Below are positions 27,941 through 37,708 of a stretch of 64,000 nt of DNA, piece by piece. Under the pieces are notes generated by a model. The model saw only the letters and a program-made list of their open reading frames with translations. It did not search any database and had not been told where the DNA came from. The stretch is from Candidatus Opimibacter iunctus. GTDB taxonomy: Bacteria; Bacteroidota; Bacteroidia; Chitinophagales; Saprospiraceae. The position numbers and the translations under genes are program-made. Location: positions 38,824 through 102,823 of the forward strand of contig JADJVH010000013.1 of the NCBI GenBank assembly GCA_016716665.1. The letters are read 5' to 3'. Each line of letters begins with the position of its first letter. The first letter of the stretch is position 1.

Positions 27941-28002
27941 AATCCACACACCTGCACTCATCTCACACCTCTTACTGTCTCACTGTCTTACCCTCTTACA
28001 CA
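27941..28002. repeat. CA-rich leader (aatccacacacctgcactcatctcacacct) plus a tandem 8-mer array of 4 copies (cttactgt ctcactgt cttaccct cttacaca)
   Basis: The octamers occupy 27971-28002. The array ends 2 nt from the TAA (tta at 28005-28007) of the S9 peptidase gene. The same family occurs at 33174-33205 and 42751-42782. Confidence 0.9.
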
Positions 28003-28004
28003 GA

Positions 28005-30581
28005 TTAATACTTCTTGTCCAGCCTCCTCAAAGCGAGGTAAAATTCAATGCCTTGCTCAAAGGGCACAGCCCCATCATGATCATTGTGCAATAGGAGCAG
28101 CGGTGTTTCTATCTTATCGATTTTGAAGAGCGGCGAGTTGGTGATATACAGGTTAGGATCCTGCCATAATGTTTTCCCCAACCTGCTCTGCTCATTTTCA
28201 TACTGAAACATCCGCGCCCTGCCTGATTCCAATCGTATGCCCCCATATGCACTGGTCATATTGACCACCGCTGCACCGGATTCAGCACATTTAAACATAT
28301 TGGTCCTGGTGAGGATGTAGGCGATCTGGTAGCCTCCCCAGGAATGTCCCTGCAAAGCGAGGTTTTCTGAATCTGCAATCCTGTCCTTGACAAGGCTTGA
28401 CACTCCCGACATGACGGCCTGGTAGGCACTCTCTCCCGGCATACCGGTCTTGTAATCAACATCCGGATTGAAGATGACATATCCTCGACTTGCATAGAAC
28501 GCATAGTTGATTGTCGAGCGGTGCGGTGCAGGTGTTGGATGTACATGCAACTCATCAGAGGATCGCTCATAGAAATTGACAATGGTAGGATATGATCTCA
28601 GCGTATCATAGCCTGCAGGTAGTACCAACAGCCCGGTCCTCATCGTGCTGTCCCAATCCATCCATCTGTATAATCTGATACTCCCCCATAAGTAATCCTT
28701 TTGTTGGGGATTGGCATCAGATATCTTCTCACTGGTTTTAAATCGGTCTGCAGTCAGCTGGAGATCAGGGAAAGTGGAAAAATTTTCCTTAGTGTATAAA
28801 TATTTTTCGGCAAGCCTGGCCTTCGTCACCTGCCTGCTAAAGGCAAAAGGAGAAAGCACAGCCGTATCCATCGAGAAACTTGCAGGGTTAAACCAACTAT
28901 ACCCTGTTGACTTATCTGTGTCATCCTTGACAGCGATGAGCCATGGTGTAGCAGGTGAAAGAAATCTTACTTCAGGATCTGTCTTGATATAACGGAATAC
29001 TTTTTTTTGTTCTCTGCCTTTCGTCAAGGCTACAGGAGTTTTCCCGCCTTCGCCAGTCCATGCCCACATATCAAAGCGGTCATAGAGGATCAGTGACTGG
29101 TCATCTTTGACCCAGCCTGCAGAGCCATATCCACCAGGATAAGATGGTACATCGTTTTCCTCATCATAGAATGGAGTAAGCCCTCCCTTATTCATCAAAG
29201 CAAATGAGCCGCCAGCCATTGGAAAGCTCCACCACGTACTGTCAGCATCACTATACCCATAGGCATATTTTCCGCCTGGAGACAAATAAGGAGTAGTGAT
29301 GATCCCTTTCTTTATGGGAATGACTGCTCCGGTCAGTAAGTCCACTTTCGCCAGATCTTTACGTATTTCTCCTTTCCAGGTTGCTTCTTTTTCATACGGC
29401 TTTTCAGTGTAGACCAATACATATCTGCCATTCCGGTCTGGGGTATAGACAGCCGACTCCCAGGCAGGAGAACATACAGGTACATGCTGCTTAGTCTGCG
29501 TGTCGTAGATATAAGCGTATGAACGTTTTTCTTCATTTTCCCTGTTCGTATTTTGCACAGTGTAGAGTTCAGGATCCTCAGTAGACCATATTTCCACATC
29601 TACGATTTCATCAGGCAACAGCGTAGTATCTTTTACCAAAGGCATTGCGGCACGGCCATAGAAAAGGTATTTTCCATCTTCACTCCAGCGTGGCTCGGCA
29701 TGCTGACTGACCAATGGTAGTGTACTTTTATTTCTTGCAGCTATTAACTGAGCACTATCGGAGCGGAAATCGTAATAAAATAATTGCCATGGTTGTACCT
29801 GAGCCTTGGTAGTATCCAGGTTACCCAGGAAAGCAAGCTGGTTGCCATCAGCAGCAAGCGAAAGTTTTGCATATTCTCCTTTCTGCCTCTTGATGTATTT
29901 CCATTCGTGATTTGACCAGTAGACCACTCCTGCGGTTTCAGTAGAGTCGGATGATGCAGTGACGGCAAGCAGCATGGATGCTTTTTCAGCCCAGGCATAT
30001 TCTTTCACATTGAGCAGGGTATCCTCGAGACCCGTAGAAAGTTGCCTGACGATCAGGTTGATGATATCTTTCTTTGATTTCTTTTTCTCTTTCGTGGTAT
30101 CGCCGGGCATTGGCTGGGCCTTGATACTATATGCGATCCAATCTCCCTTTTTTGCAGGCGCCTTGTATTCCTTTACATCAGGTATCCTGACCCTCATGCT
30201 GCCGTCGCCTGTAGTGATAAACAGGGTATCTCCGGGCCATTCCTTTTTATCAACTTTTTTCCTTTCAAGGTTTCTCAGGCTATCCCTATATGGGGTGATG
30301 AGCCCGTAGATAAACTTTCCATTGTAATCAATGTTTGATTTGCTGACCCTTGGAATCTGGACAGTGCTGGCGGTGAGCGTATTGTAAATCTTCAGGTTCG
30401 GATCGCCCTCTCCGGGAACTAACCTGTAGGTCGCAAAGCTCCCGTCTGCAGAAAGCTGCTGGTCCTGGATTTTCTTCCAGATCAGGAAGTCTCTGTGATC
30501 CAGTGCTTTGAGTGTTGGATCCTGAGCGATCAGGGCGGAGGAGCAGAGGAGAATAGTGAAAAAGAAAAAGGTGTGTTTCAT
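28005..30581 (-). CDS. S9-family (prolyl oligopeptidase-type) serine peptidase with N-terminal beta-propeller region; apparently truncated before the catalytic His
   Basis: Signal peptide MKHTFFFFTILLCSSALIAQ. Nucleophile motif GHSWGGY. Asp region LLLLHNDHDGAVP. The ORF stops 22 aa later (...YLALRRLDKKY*), with no downstream His-containing segment in any frame. Confidence 0.75.
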   Translation of the reverse strand: MKHTFFFFTILLCSSALIAQDPTLKALDHRDFLIWKKIQDQQLSADGSFATYRLVPGEGDPNLKIYNTLTASTVQIPRVSKSNIDYNGKFIYGLITPYRDSLRNLERKKVDKKEWPGDTLFITTGDGSMRVRIPDVKEYKAPAKKGDWIAYSIKAQPMPGDTTKEKKKSKKDIINLIVRQLSTGLEDTLLNVKEYAWAEKASMLLAVTASSDSTETAGVVYWSNHEWKYIKRQKGEYAKLSLAADGNQLAFLGNLDTTKAQVQPWQLFYYDFRSDSAQLIAARNKSTLPLVSQHAEPRWSEDGKYLFYGRAAMPLVKDTTLLPDEIVDVEIWSTEDPELYTVQNTNRENEEKRSYAYIYDTQTKQHVPVCSPAWESAVYTPDRNGRYVLVYTEKPYEKEATWKGEIRKDLAKVDLLTGAVIPIKKGIITTPYLSPGGKYAYGYSDADSTWWSFPMAGGSFALMNKGGLTPFYDEENDVPSYPGGYGSAGWVKDDQSLILYDRFDMWAWTGEGGKTPVALTKGREQKKVFRYIKTDPEVRFLSPATPWLIAVKDDTDKSTGYSWFNPASFSMDTAVLSPFAFSRQVTKARLAEKYLYTKENFSTFPDLQLTADRFKTSEKISDANPQQKDYLWGSIRLYRWMDWDSTMRTGLLVLPAGYDTLRSYPTIVNFYERSSDELHVHPTPAPHRSTINYAFYASRGYVIFNPDVDYKTGMPGESAYQAVMSGVSSLVKDRIADSENLALQGHSWGGYQIAYILTRTNMFKCAESGAAVVNMTSAYGGIRLESGRARMFQYENEQSRLGKTLWQDPNLYITNSPLFKIDKIETPLLLLHNDHDGAVPFEQGIEFYLALRRLDKKY

Positions 30582-30664
30582 GCGCTGTATGGTAAAAGGG
30601 AGATATTCAGAGTGAATGGATTTTTAATGAACTTTACGCCACAAATTAAAAAAGAATTGCTCCT

Positions 30665-31048
30665 ATGTTACGAATCGCGATGATTGCCCATGACGGAAAG
30701 AAAGCAGACCTGGTCTCTTTCCTCCTGCACAACAAGGAGCTCTTCAGGACTGCTCAGCTTGTAGCCACAGCCACAACCGGATCTTTTCTTGAAAAAGCAG
30801 GTTTTCAGGTCACAAAGGTGCTCTCCGGCCCGAAAGGAGGGGATGCCCAGATAGGTGCCAAGCTTGCAAATGGAGAAATAGATTTTGTCTTCTTCTTCCG
30901 GGATCCGCTCGGCAAGCATCCTCATGAACCTGATGTGCAGATGCTGATGAGGCTTTGCGATGTGCATAATATTCCATTGGCCACTAATCCTGCCTCTGCC
31001 GAATACCTCCTGAAAGGAATGATAGCCGACGAGCATACGGATATATGA
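30665..31048 (+). CDS. mgsA: Methylglyoxal synthase
   Basis: 127 aa: IAMIAHDGKKADLVSF...ATTGS...GPKGGDAQIG...FFRDPLGKHPHEPDV is typical of MgsA. Confidence 0.9.
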   Translation: MLRIAMIAHDGKKADLVSFLLHNKELFRTAQLVATATTGSFLEKAGFQVTKVLSGPKGGDAQIGAKLANGEIDFVFFFRDPLGKHPHEPDVQMLMRLCDVHNIPLATNPASAEYLLKGMIADEHTDI

Positions 31049-32880
31049 CCGATGAGGATTTTAAGGCAATAGCTGATTCTGTTCCCAAAGAACCGGGCGT
31101 ATATCGGTTTCTCAATCCGGAAGGGACTGTCATCTATGTCGGTAAGGCAAAGAACCTGCGCAACCGGCTCTCCTCCTATTTCGGGGACAAGAAGTACCAG
31201 TACTTCAAGACCCGGACCATGGTCAGGCAAGCGCATCATTTTGAGTTTACCATTGTTGAAAGTGAGCAGGACGCGCTGTTGCTCGAAAACACGCTCATCA
31301 AGCAGATACAGCCTAGATACAATGTCAATCTCAAGGATGACAAGTCCTATACATTCATTTGCATCAAGGCCGAACGCTTTCCCCGTGTTTTCCTCACACG
31401 TAGGGTGATCAGGGATGGCTCAACTTATTTTGGGCCATATACATCAAAGGCCAAGGTGAGTGAGATACTCGAAATCGTCAAGAAGATTTTTCCTTTGAGG
31501 ACCTGCCCATTGTTGTTAAATCCCCAGCCGATTGCAGCTAAGAAGTACAAGGTCTGCCTGGAGTACCACATCAAGAACTGCATGGGCCCATGTGAAGGCC
31601 TGGAGACAGAGGAAGCCTACAATGCCCGAATAGACCAGGTGCGCAATATCCTCAAGGGGCACTTCAGGGATGTCATCCAGCATCTCAAGAAGCAAATGGA
31701 CGCCTTTGCTCTCGACATGGAGTTTGAAAAAGCACATCAGATAAAGGAAAAGCTCACCCTGTTTGAAGACTATCAGGCAAGGTCAACTGTGGTCAGCCAA
31801 ATGGACCGCGACCTCGATGTCTTCAGTATAGCAACAGATGAGACACACGCCTATGTCAACTATCTCAAAGTCGTGCAGGGGGCCATTATCAATAGCTATA
31901 CCCAGGAGCTGCTCAAAAACCTGAATGAAGACGAGCATGAACTATTGGCCTTTACAATCGATCGCCTTCGTGAAAAATTCAATAGCATCACCGAAGAGAT
32001 CGTCGTGCCCTTTAAAGTGGAGTTGGTAGAGCAAGGCGTGACACAGACTGTTCCCCAACGTGGAGAGAAGAAAGAATTGCTCGACCTCTCCCTCAAGAAT
32101 GTAAAGTATTTCCTGCTGCAAAAGCAAAAAGAGAAGATCAACCATACGCAAAAACAGACACCTGCAGAACGAATCCTGAAGACTTTGCAGCAGGATCTAC
32201 GCATGACTGGTATTCCGATGCATATTGAATGCTTCGACAACAGCAACATTCAAGGCACTAACCCTGTAGCATCATGTGTGGTCTTCAGGAATGCCAAACC
32301 TGCCAAGCGTGATTACCGCCACTTTCATGTCAAGACAGTCGAAGGCCCCGATGACTTTGCCTCGATGCGTGAGATCGTCGAGCGGAGGTACAAGCGCATG
32401 ATGGAAGAAAACCAGCCATTGCCTGATCTTGTGGTCATCGATGGAGGCAAGGGCCAACTAAGTGCTGCAATGGAATCTATTGAAGCCTTGGGTATCCGTG
32501 ACCGAATGACCGTTGTTGGAATCGCAAAGAAGCTGGAAGAGATTTATTTTCCAGGTGATTCTATTCCCTTGTACATCGATAAGAAATCCGAATCCCTCAG
32601 GCTCATCCAGCAGATTCGCAACGAAGCCCACCGCTTTGCGATCACCTTTCACCGCAACACGCGCAGCAAGGCTTTCGTCAATACGGAGCTCAAAGGCATA
32701 AAAGGGGTAGGGGAAAAGACCGCCGAAAAACTCCTGAAGCATTTCGGTTCGGTCAAGAAACTGAAGGACGCTGCTGAGGAAGACATCATCAAGCTGGTAG
32801 GTCCATCCGTAGCCTCTAAGCTATTGGCCTCACCTGTCTTTATCAAGCCTGAAAGGAGGGAGACGGCCGTCTCCGAATAG
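31045..32880 (+). CDS. uvrC: Excinuclease ABC subunit C
   Basis: 611 aa. GIY-YIG N-terminus (PGVYRFLNPEGTVIYVGKAKNLRNR). The UvrBC-interaction, endonuclease and C-terminal HhH regions are present. ATGA overlap with mgsA. Confidence 0.95.
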   Translation: MTDEDFKAIADSVPKEPGVYRFLNPEGTVIYVGKAKNLRNRLSSYFGDKKYQYFKTRTMVRQAHHFEFTIVESEQDALLLENTLIKQIQPRYNVNLKDDKSYTFICIKAERFPRVFLTRRVIRDGSTYFGPYTSKAKVSEILEIVKKIFPLRTCPLLLNPQPIAAKKYKVCLEYHIKNCMGPCEGLETEEAYNARIDQVRNILKGHFRDVIQHLKKQMDAFALDMEFEKAHQIKEKLTLFEDYQARSTVVSQMDRDLDVFSIATDETHAYVNYLKVVQGAIINSYTQELLKNLNEDEHELLAFTIDRLREKFNSITEEIVVPFKVELVEQGVTQTVPQRGEKKELLDLSLKNVKYFLLQKQKEKINHTQKQTPAERILKTLQQDLRMTGIPMHIECFDNSNIQGTNPVASCVVFRNAKPAKRDYRHFHVKTVEGPDDFASMREIVERRYKRMMEENQPLPDLVVIDGGKGQLSAAMESIEALGIRDRMTVVGIAKKLEEIYFPGDSIPLYIDKKSESLRLIQQIRNEAHRFAITFHRNTRSKAFVNTELKGIKGVGEKTAEKLLKHFGSVKKLKDAAEEDIIKLVGPSVASKLLASPVFIKPERRETAVSE

Positions 32881-32893
32881 CAAAGGATCGCGC

Positions 32894-32914
32894 GTTGAGG
32901 TCTCCTGCCTCGAT
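32894..32914. repeat. C-TCCT-G loop hairpin, copy G1
   Basis: gttgagg tctcctg cctcgat; the stem includes G:U-type pairs. Confidence 0.7.
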
Positions 32915-32926
32915 ATCTTACATTTA

Positions 32927-32950
32927 CCCCTAATTCCCCTAAAGGGGACC
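32927..32950. repeat. Solo copy of the CCCCTAAWTCCCCTRAAAGGGGACC arm
   Basis: cccctaattcccctaaaggggacc, with the same left flank (atttac) as the copy at 10256. Confidence 0.8.
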
Positions 32951-32997
32951 TGATTTATTTTAATAAATGAAGTTTTATATCAAAAATGATGCGCTCG

Positions 32998-33018
32998 TTG
33001 AGGTCTCCTGCCCTCGAC
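32998..33018. repeat. C-TCCT-G loop hairpin, copy G2
   Basis: gttgagg tctcctgc cctcgac. Confidence 0.7.
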
Positions 33019-33070
33019 ATTCTAAAATACCTTATTGAAATACCTTGATTAAAATTCATAATCGAAATTC

Positions 33071-33092
33071 ATTGAGGTCTCCTGACCTCAAT
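33071..33092. repeat. C-TCCT-G loop hairpin, copy G3 (perfect 9-bp stem)
   Basis: attgaggtc tcct gacctcaat. Confidence 0.85.
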
Positions 33093-33152
33093 ATCCTTAA
33101 ATACAAAAGGGAATCCCATTTAAGAACTCCCTTTTCATTTTCTTTATTCAAT

Positions 33153-33205
33153 CCCACACCCACACCCACACCTCTCACTGTCTCACTGTCTTACCTTCTT
33201 ACACA
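33153..33205. repeat. CA-rich leader (cccacacccacacccacacct) plus a tandem 8-mer array of 4 copies (ctcactgt ctcactgt cttacctt cttacaca)
   Basis: The octamers occupy 33174-33205 and end 2 nt from the TAA (tta at 33208-33210) of the thioredoxin-like gene. Confidence 0.9.
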
Positions 33206-33207
33206 GT

Positions 33208-33705
33208 TTAGTTGCCTCCAAGCGCCGCCACTTCTTTCTCCACTGCATCATGCAGGTAATACCCCATTTCAAGCACCTGCGCCGCTGTCGCCGGGCCTTC
33301 GTGGCGCTTCATGATCTTTCCTTTTCCATCTACAAACAATAGGGTGGGAAAGGTGGTTACGCCATAGCGGTCAGCGAGTTCAGCTTCCTTGACAGGGCCG
33401 CCGACATTGATCTTGTAGTTGACAAAATGGTTGTTGAAGTAGGAGGCCAGTTCATCCTGGGTGTATACGTACTGATCCATTCGCTTGCAGGACTCAACCC
33501 ATGGTGCATAGAAATACATGAATACGGGCCGCTGCATCAGGTCGGCAAATTCGAGCAAGTAGCCCAGGTTGGCACAGTCAGCAAACTGCAGGTCCTGTGA
33601 ACAGGAGGCAGGCCGCACAACTACCTTGGTGTAGGGCTTTGGCGAACAGCACAGGAAGGCGCAGAGGGTTATCCCCGCAAAGACGGACTTGGAAGATAGG
33701 ATCAT
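33208..33705 (-). CDS. Thioredoxin-fold lipoprotein with a degenerate active site
   Basis: Signal/lipobox-like N-terminus (...LCAFLCCSPK). FMYFYAPWVESCKRM stands in place of WCxxC. FPTLLFVDGKGK is typical of the thioredoxin fold. Confidence 0.5.
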   Translation of the reverse strand: MILSSKSVFAGITLCAFLCCSPKPYTKVVVRPASCSQDLQFADCANLGYLLEFADLMQRPVFMYFYAPWVESCKRMDQYVYTQDELASYFNNHFVNYKINVGGPVKEAELADRYGVTTFPTLLFVDGKGKIMKRHEGPATAAQVLEMGYYLHDAVEKEVAALGGN

Positions 33706-33774
33706 ATGTTTTTGTCAGATAGTAAGCGTTACTATCCTGATGCAAAACATATGCCAAAAAATATTAATATGAAA

Positions 33775-34581
33775 TCAGAGCCGCTCTAGCAGGCTCACCA
33801 GCTCCTCAGGATCCAACATTGCGCCTGCCGCTATAAAATGTGGATTGAGTAAATCAGGCTTGTTGTAAACCAATGGCAGGAGGTCATCAAAGCGGAGGAT
33901 ACTGCCACCCGATTCCTCAAGTACACATTGCGCAGCAGCAGTATCCCATTCCATCGTCGGAGCCAGTCTGGGATAAAAGTTTGCCTTCCCTTCAGCGATC
34001 AGCAGGAATTTGAGCGAACTGCCCGTGGCAACGATCTCCGGTGCATCAAGAAGGGATATGATTTTTTCTGTCATCGGATCTCTGTGGCTCCGGGATGCCA
34101 CCACCTTCAATCCATTATCCAGCAATGAAAAGCGCTGCGATTTTAATAACGTTCGAACGCCTTCAGGAGTGATGCTATAAGCACCCTTGCCATATTCAGC
34201 CATATAGGCCATTCCGGTGCAGGGTACATAGACAAACCCGCCCACCGGATGATGCCCTTCGACATAGGCTATGTTGATCGTAAACTCTCCGTTCCGCTTG
34301 ATAAACTCCTTGGTCCCATCGAGCGGATCAACCAGAAAGAACTGATCATAACCAGCCCTCTCTTCATAAGCGGCCTGCTTCGATTCCTCAGAGATCACAG
34401 GGATACCCGGAAACAAATCCGCCAGTGCCTCACATATGATACCATTAGATCGCTTATCTGCTTCTGTGAGAGGACTATTGTCCCCCTTGATTTCAGTATT
34501 AAACCGCCCCTCATCCGCATAGATGTCAAGGATCGCCTTACTCGCTTCTATCAGCACCGGAAGTATCTTATCAGTCATCAC
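33775..34581 (-). CDS. cysQ: 3'(2'),5'-bisphosphate nucleotidase (inositol monophosphatase family)
   Basis: FLVDPLDGTKEF and WDTAAAQCVLEESGG motifs. 268 aa. Confidence 0.8.
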   Translation of the reverse strand: MMTDKILPVLIEASKAILDIYADEGRFNTEIKGDNSPLTEADKRSNGIICEALADLFPGIPVISEESKQAAYEERAGYDQFFLVDPLDGTKEFIKRNGEFTINIAYVEGHHPVGGFVYVPCTGMAYMAEYGKGAYSITPEGVRTLLKSQRFSLLDNGLKVVASRSHRDPMTEKIISLLDAPEIVATGSSLKFLLIAEGKANFYPRLAPTMEWDTAAAQCVLEESGGSILRFDDLLPLVYNKPDLLNPHFIAAGAMLDPEELVSLLERL

Positions 34582-34793
34582 ACGCTTATTATTCAGGCCA
34601 ATTTACGAATTACAAATTACGATGGCCCTCTGGCCAAATTTTTAAAAAAAATGAAATGTTATGTTATTGTACCATTTTCCGGGTGTACGTAGGATCATAG
34701 AGATCATGCCCCAGGCAATGTCATGAAGGCTGTTTTTAACAGCAGGCAGAGAACTTGGATCAAAGTCTGCTCTCACCTACATATCTTTGAAAC

Positions 34794-37702
34794 ATGCACA
34801 TCGCCATGTCAAGGACTTCTACATCATATACATCCTTCATTTCATCATGTAAGTTTTGCATGCTAGTCCTTTGGCCAATCATCATTTGCCAGCCTGCACA
34901 TGCCCAGCGCCCGCAGTATCACATCATCGCCAACCTGGATACAGCTTCACACCAGGTATCCGGAAAGTTGGATATCACCTTTACTAATACCACCTCAACC
35001 TCCACGGATAGGATTGGCATCCATCTTTGGCCCAATGCTTACAGCACAAAGAGCTCTGCGTTGGTGCAACAGATGCTCAACCTCGGCAATGTTGATTTGT
35101 ACAGAGCCAGACCTGAAGATATGGGCAGCATCTCAGGCATGAACTTCACCTCCTTAGACCAGGAAGTGGAGTTTAGATCAGACACTGTCAATGTTGATAT
35201 CGGATGATGCCTTTTAAGCTACATTGGAGGCATCTATCCGCTTTTTCTCCATTTACACTCAAGGTTCCGGTTTCGTTTTCCAGGCTTGGGCGCACGGGCG
35301 AGGCTTATCAGTTGACACAATGGTATCCGCACATCGGTGTGTTCGATTCAATAGGCTGGCATACGATGCCATACCTGGACCAGGGTGAATTCTACAATGA
35401 TTTTGCAGATTATGATGTAAGCCTTACGACGCCCGTTGGCTATACTGTTGCGGCCACCGGTATACTCATCAATAAGGTTGAAAAGGGGAGCATAACCTCA
35501 TGGAAGTTTAAAGCTGAAAAAGTCATTGACTTTGCCTGGTTTACCAGCCCATATTTCAGGCATGAAAAGTATTTGGTGGATGTTGGCGCAGACCATCCCA
35601 TTGAACTCAATGTATATGTTGACTCGCTTGAGAATCAACTTTGGAACCGTGCTGCGGTATATGCCCAGCAGGCATTGAAGCTATACAGCGACTGGCTTGG
35701 TCCTTATCCTTATCCCCAGATGAGCGTAGTCTATGCTCCGCTGAGCCAGGGAGGATTTATGGAGTATCCCATGGTGGCCCAGATTGGTTTCACATACGAT
35801 TCTGCATTCCTCGATATCGTCATTGCCCATGAAATAGGCCATACCTGGCTTTACGGGATACTGGCCAATAACGAGCGCGCTGACCCTTGGATGGATGAAG
35901 GCCTGAACACTTTTTTAGAGTCGCAGTATACAAAGCGTTATCAACCGACCTATGTGGAAAGGTTTCTGCCACCCTTGTTTGAATCACGAGGCAGCATGAG
36001 CCAGTATGACGCTTTACAACATTCGCTTCAGTTCAACCATACTCTGCAACCTCCCGCTTCGGACCCTCAGCAACAAAATGAGGATCAGTATCTCTTCAGT
36101 GCTTATGTACTTCCTACACAGGGCCTGGAGATGATGATGTCCAGGGTGGGAGAGGAGAAGATGAAGGGAATGTTCAGGCAGTACTATACGGATCATCAGT
36201 TTACACATGTTTCTCCGGATGACATGAAGGCCTCTTTTGAATCAGCATGCCACTGCGATCTCACATGGTTTTTTCAGGGCTGGATACAGCATGCACATGA
36301 AGTCGATTACAGGATAAAGGAATTTGACAAGAATGCAAATGAAGTTACGCTAACCAATTACGGTAACACTTTAGTTCCCCTCCAGATCAATACCTATAAG
36401 GAAGGTCAACCTGTCATGGAGCACTGGATAGATGGTTTCTATGGGGAGAAGATTATCCGTTTTGATCAAAGGGCTGATGAAGTGCGGCTCTACGATGGCT
36501 TCGGAGGGATCAATAGTCATTGGACTACCAATGTCAGACCGCGCTCCTTGCTGCCTCGCATCAGATTGTTACCATCCCTTGAAAGTTATTATGCCCCCAC
36601 CATCAGTATCACTCCGTTTATCGGCACCAACGTAACGGACGGATTGATGCCCGGTCTTGCATTCACGTCCGGGCTGATTCCACAACAACATTTTAAGTTT
36701 GTTATTGCCCCGATGTACGGCCTTGAAAGCAAGAAGTTTCGCGGCCATGCCACGCTGAGATATATGGATGATTTGAAAATGGGACCTTTTGATAAGTTTT
36801 CCCTTTCATTTGATTTAGATGATTTTGGTTACAACCTGGATGCCTTCTTCGGATATCGGGATCATTATTTCAGATGGTCACCTACGTTAGCTGCGCGGGT
36901 TACGCCTGATGCTGCACATGGCCATATCACTCAATGGTGGAAGTATCGATATGTGCATATTGATCAATACTATGCAGAAGGTGACTCTACGGTCGAACAA
37001 CGTTATACAGAGGAGCATCGAAGCTATGGTGTGCATGAACTGCTATATCAGCTCCGATCTGATTTTGTATTGAGGCCATTTGAAGCCACTGCCAATGTGC
37101 AGGCAGGAGAGGGTTTCGTCAGGCTCAATCTACTTTACAAGCAACATTTTTTGGGCAGGGATAAGCACCGTGGGGTTTGGATAAGGGGTTATGCAGGTTG
37201 GTTGCCCGTTTTTAATAATCCTGATGCCAGAGTCGGATTTTCCTTCAACGGTATTTCATCCACAGGATATTATTCAAAGGATTATATGTTTGATGAATGG
37301 CTTGGCGGACGTAACGCATCAGATGGTGTCTTTGCCCACCAGGTTTTTGAGAGGGACGCTAACCTAAAGACGCTGGCTATCAATGGACTTGGGGAAGAGT
37401 GGATGTTAGGCAGTGGCGCTAGTGTTGCATTGCCTTTCAGGTATATTCACGCCTATTTGGATGCAGCGCTTTACCCTTCCACAATTTCCCAGAAGGTGGC
37501 TTTTAGCTATAGCGGCGGACTTGCCCTTGTCCTTTGGAAGGATGTATTTGAAATTTATATCCCGGTACTTGAAAGTAAAGACATAAGGCAGAGTACGACC
37601 TATGAGGACAGGGACATATGGTATGAACGCATTTCATTTCAGGCCAACATCAAACTGGCCAATCCGCTCAATGTGATCGACAGGATTCAGCTCGGCTATT
37701 GA
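34794..37702 (+). pseudogene. M1-family zinc metallopeptidase (aminopeptidase N-like), split by a 1-nt frameshift at 35198-35207
   Basis: ORF 34794-35207 carries the signal peptide and the N-terminal beta domain (IANLDTASHQVSGKLDITFTN...). ORF 35204-37702 continues with ...FTLKVPVSFSRLGR..YQLTQWYP and the HEIGHTWLYG...WMDEGLNTF (HExxH+E) motif. The second frame is open only from 35198, so the shift lies in gatatcggatgatg (a GG run). Confidence 0.8.
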
Positions 37703-37708
37703 TGCATG

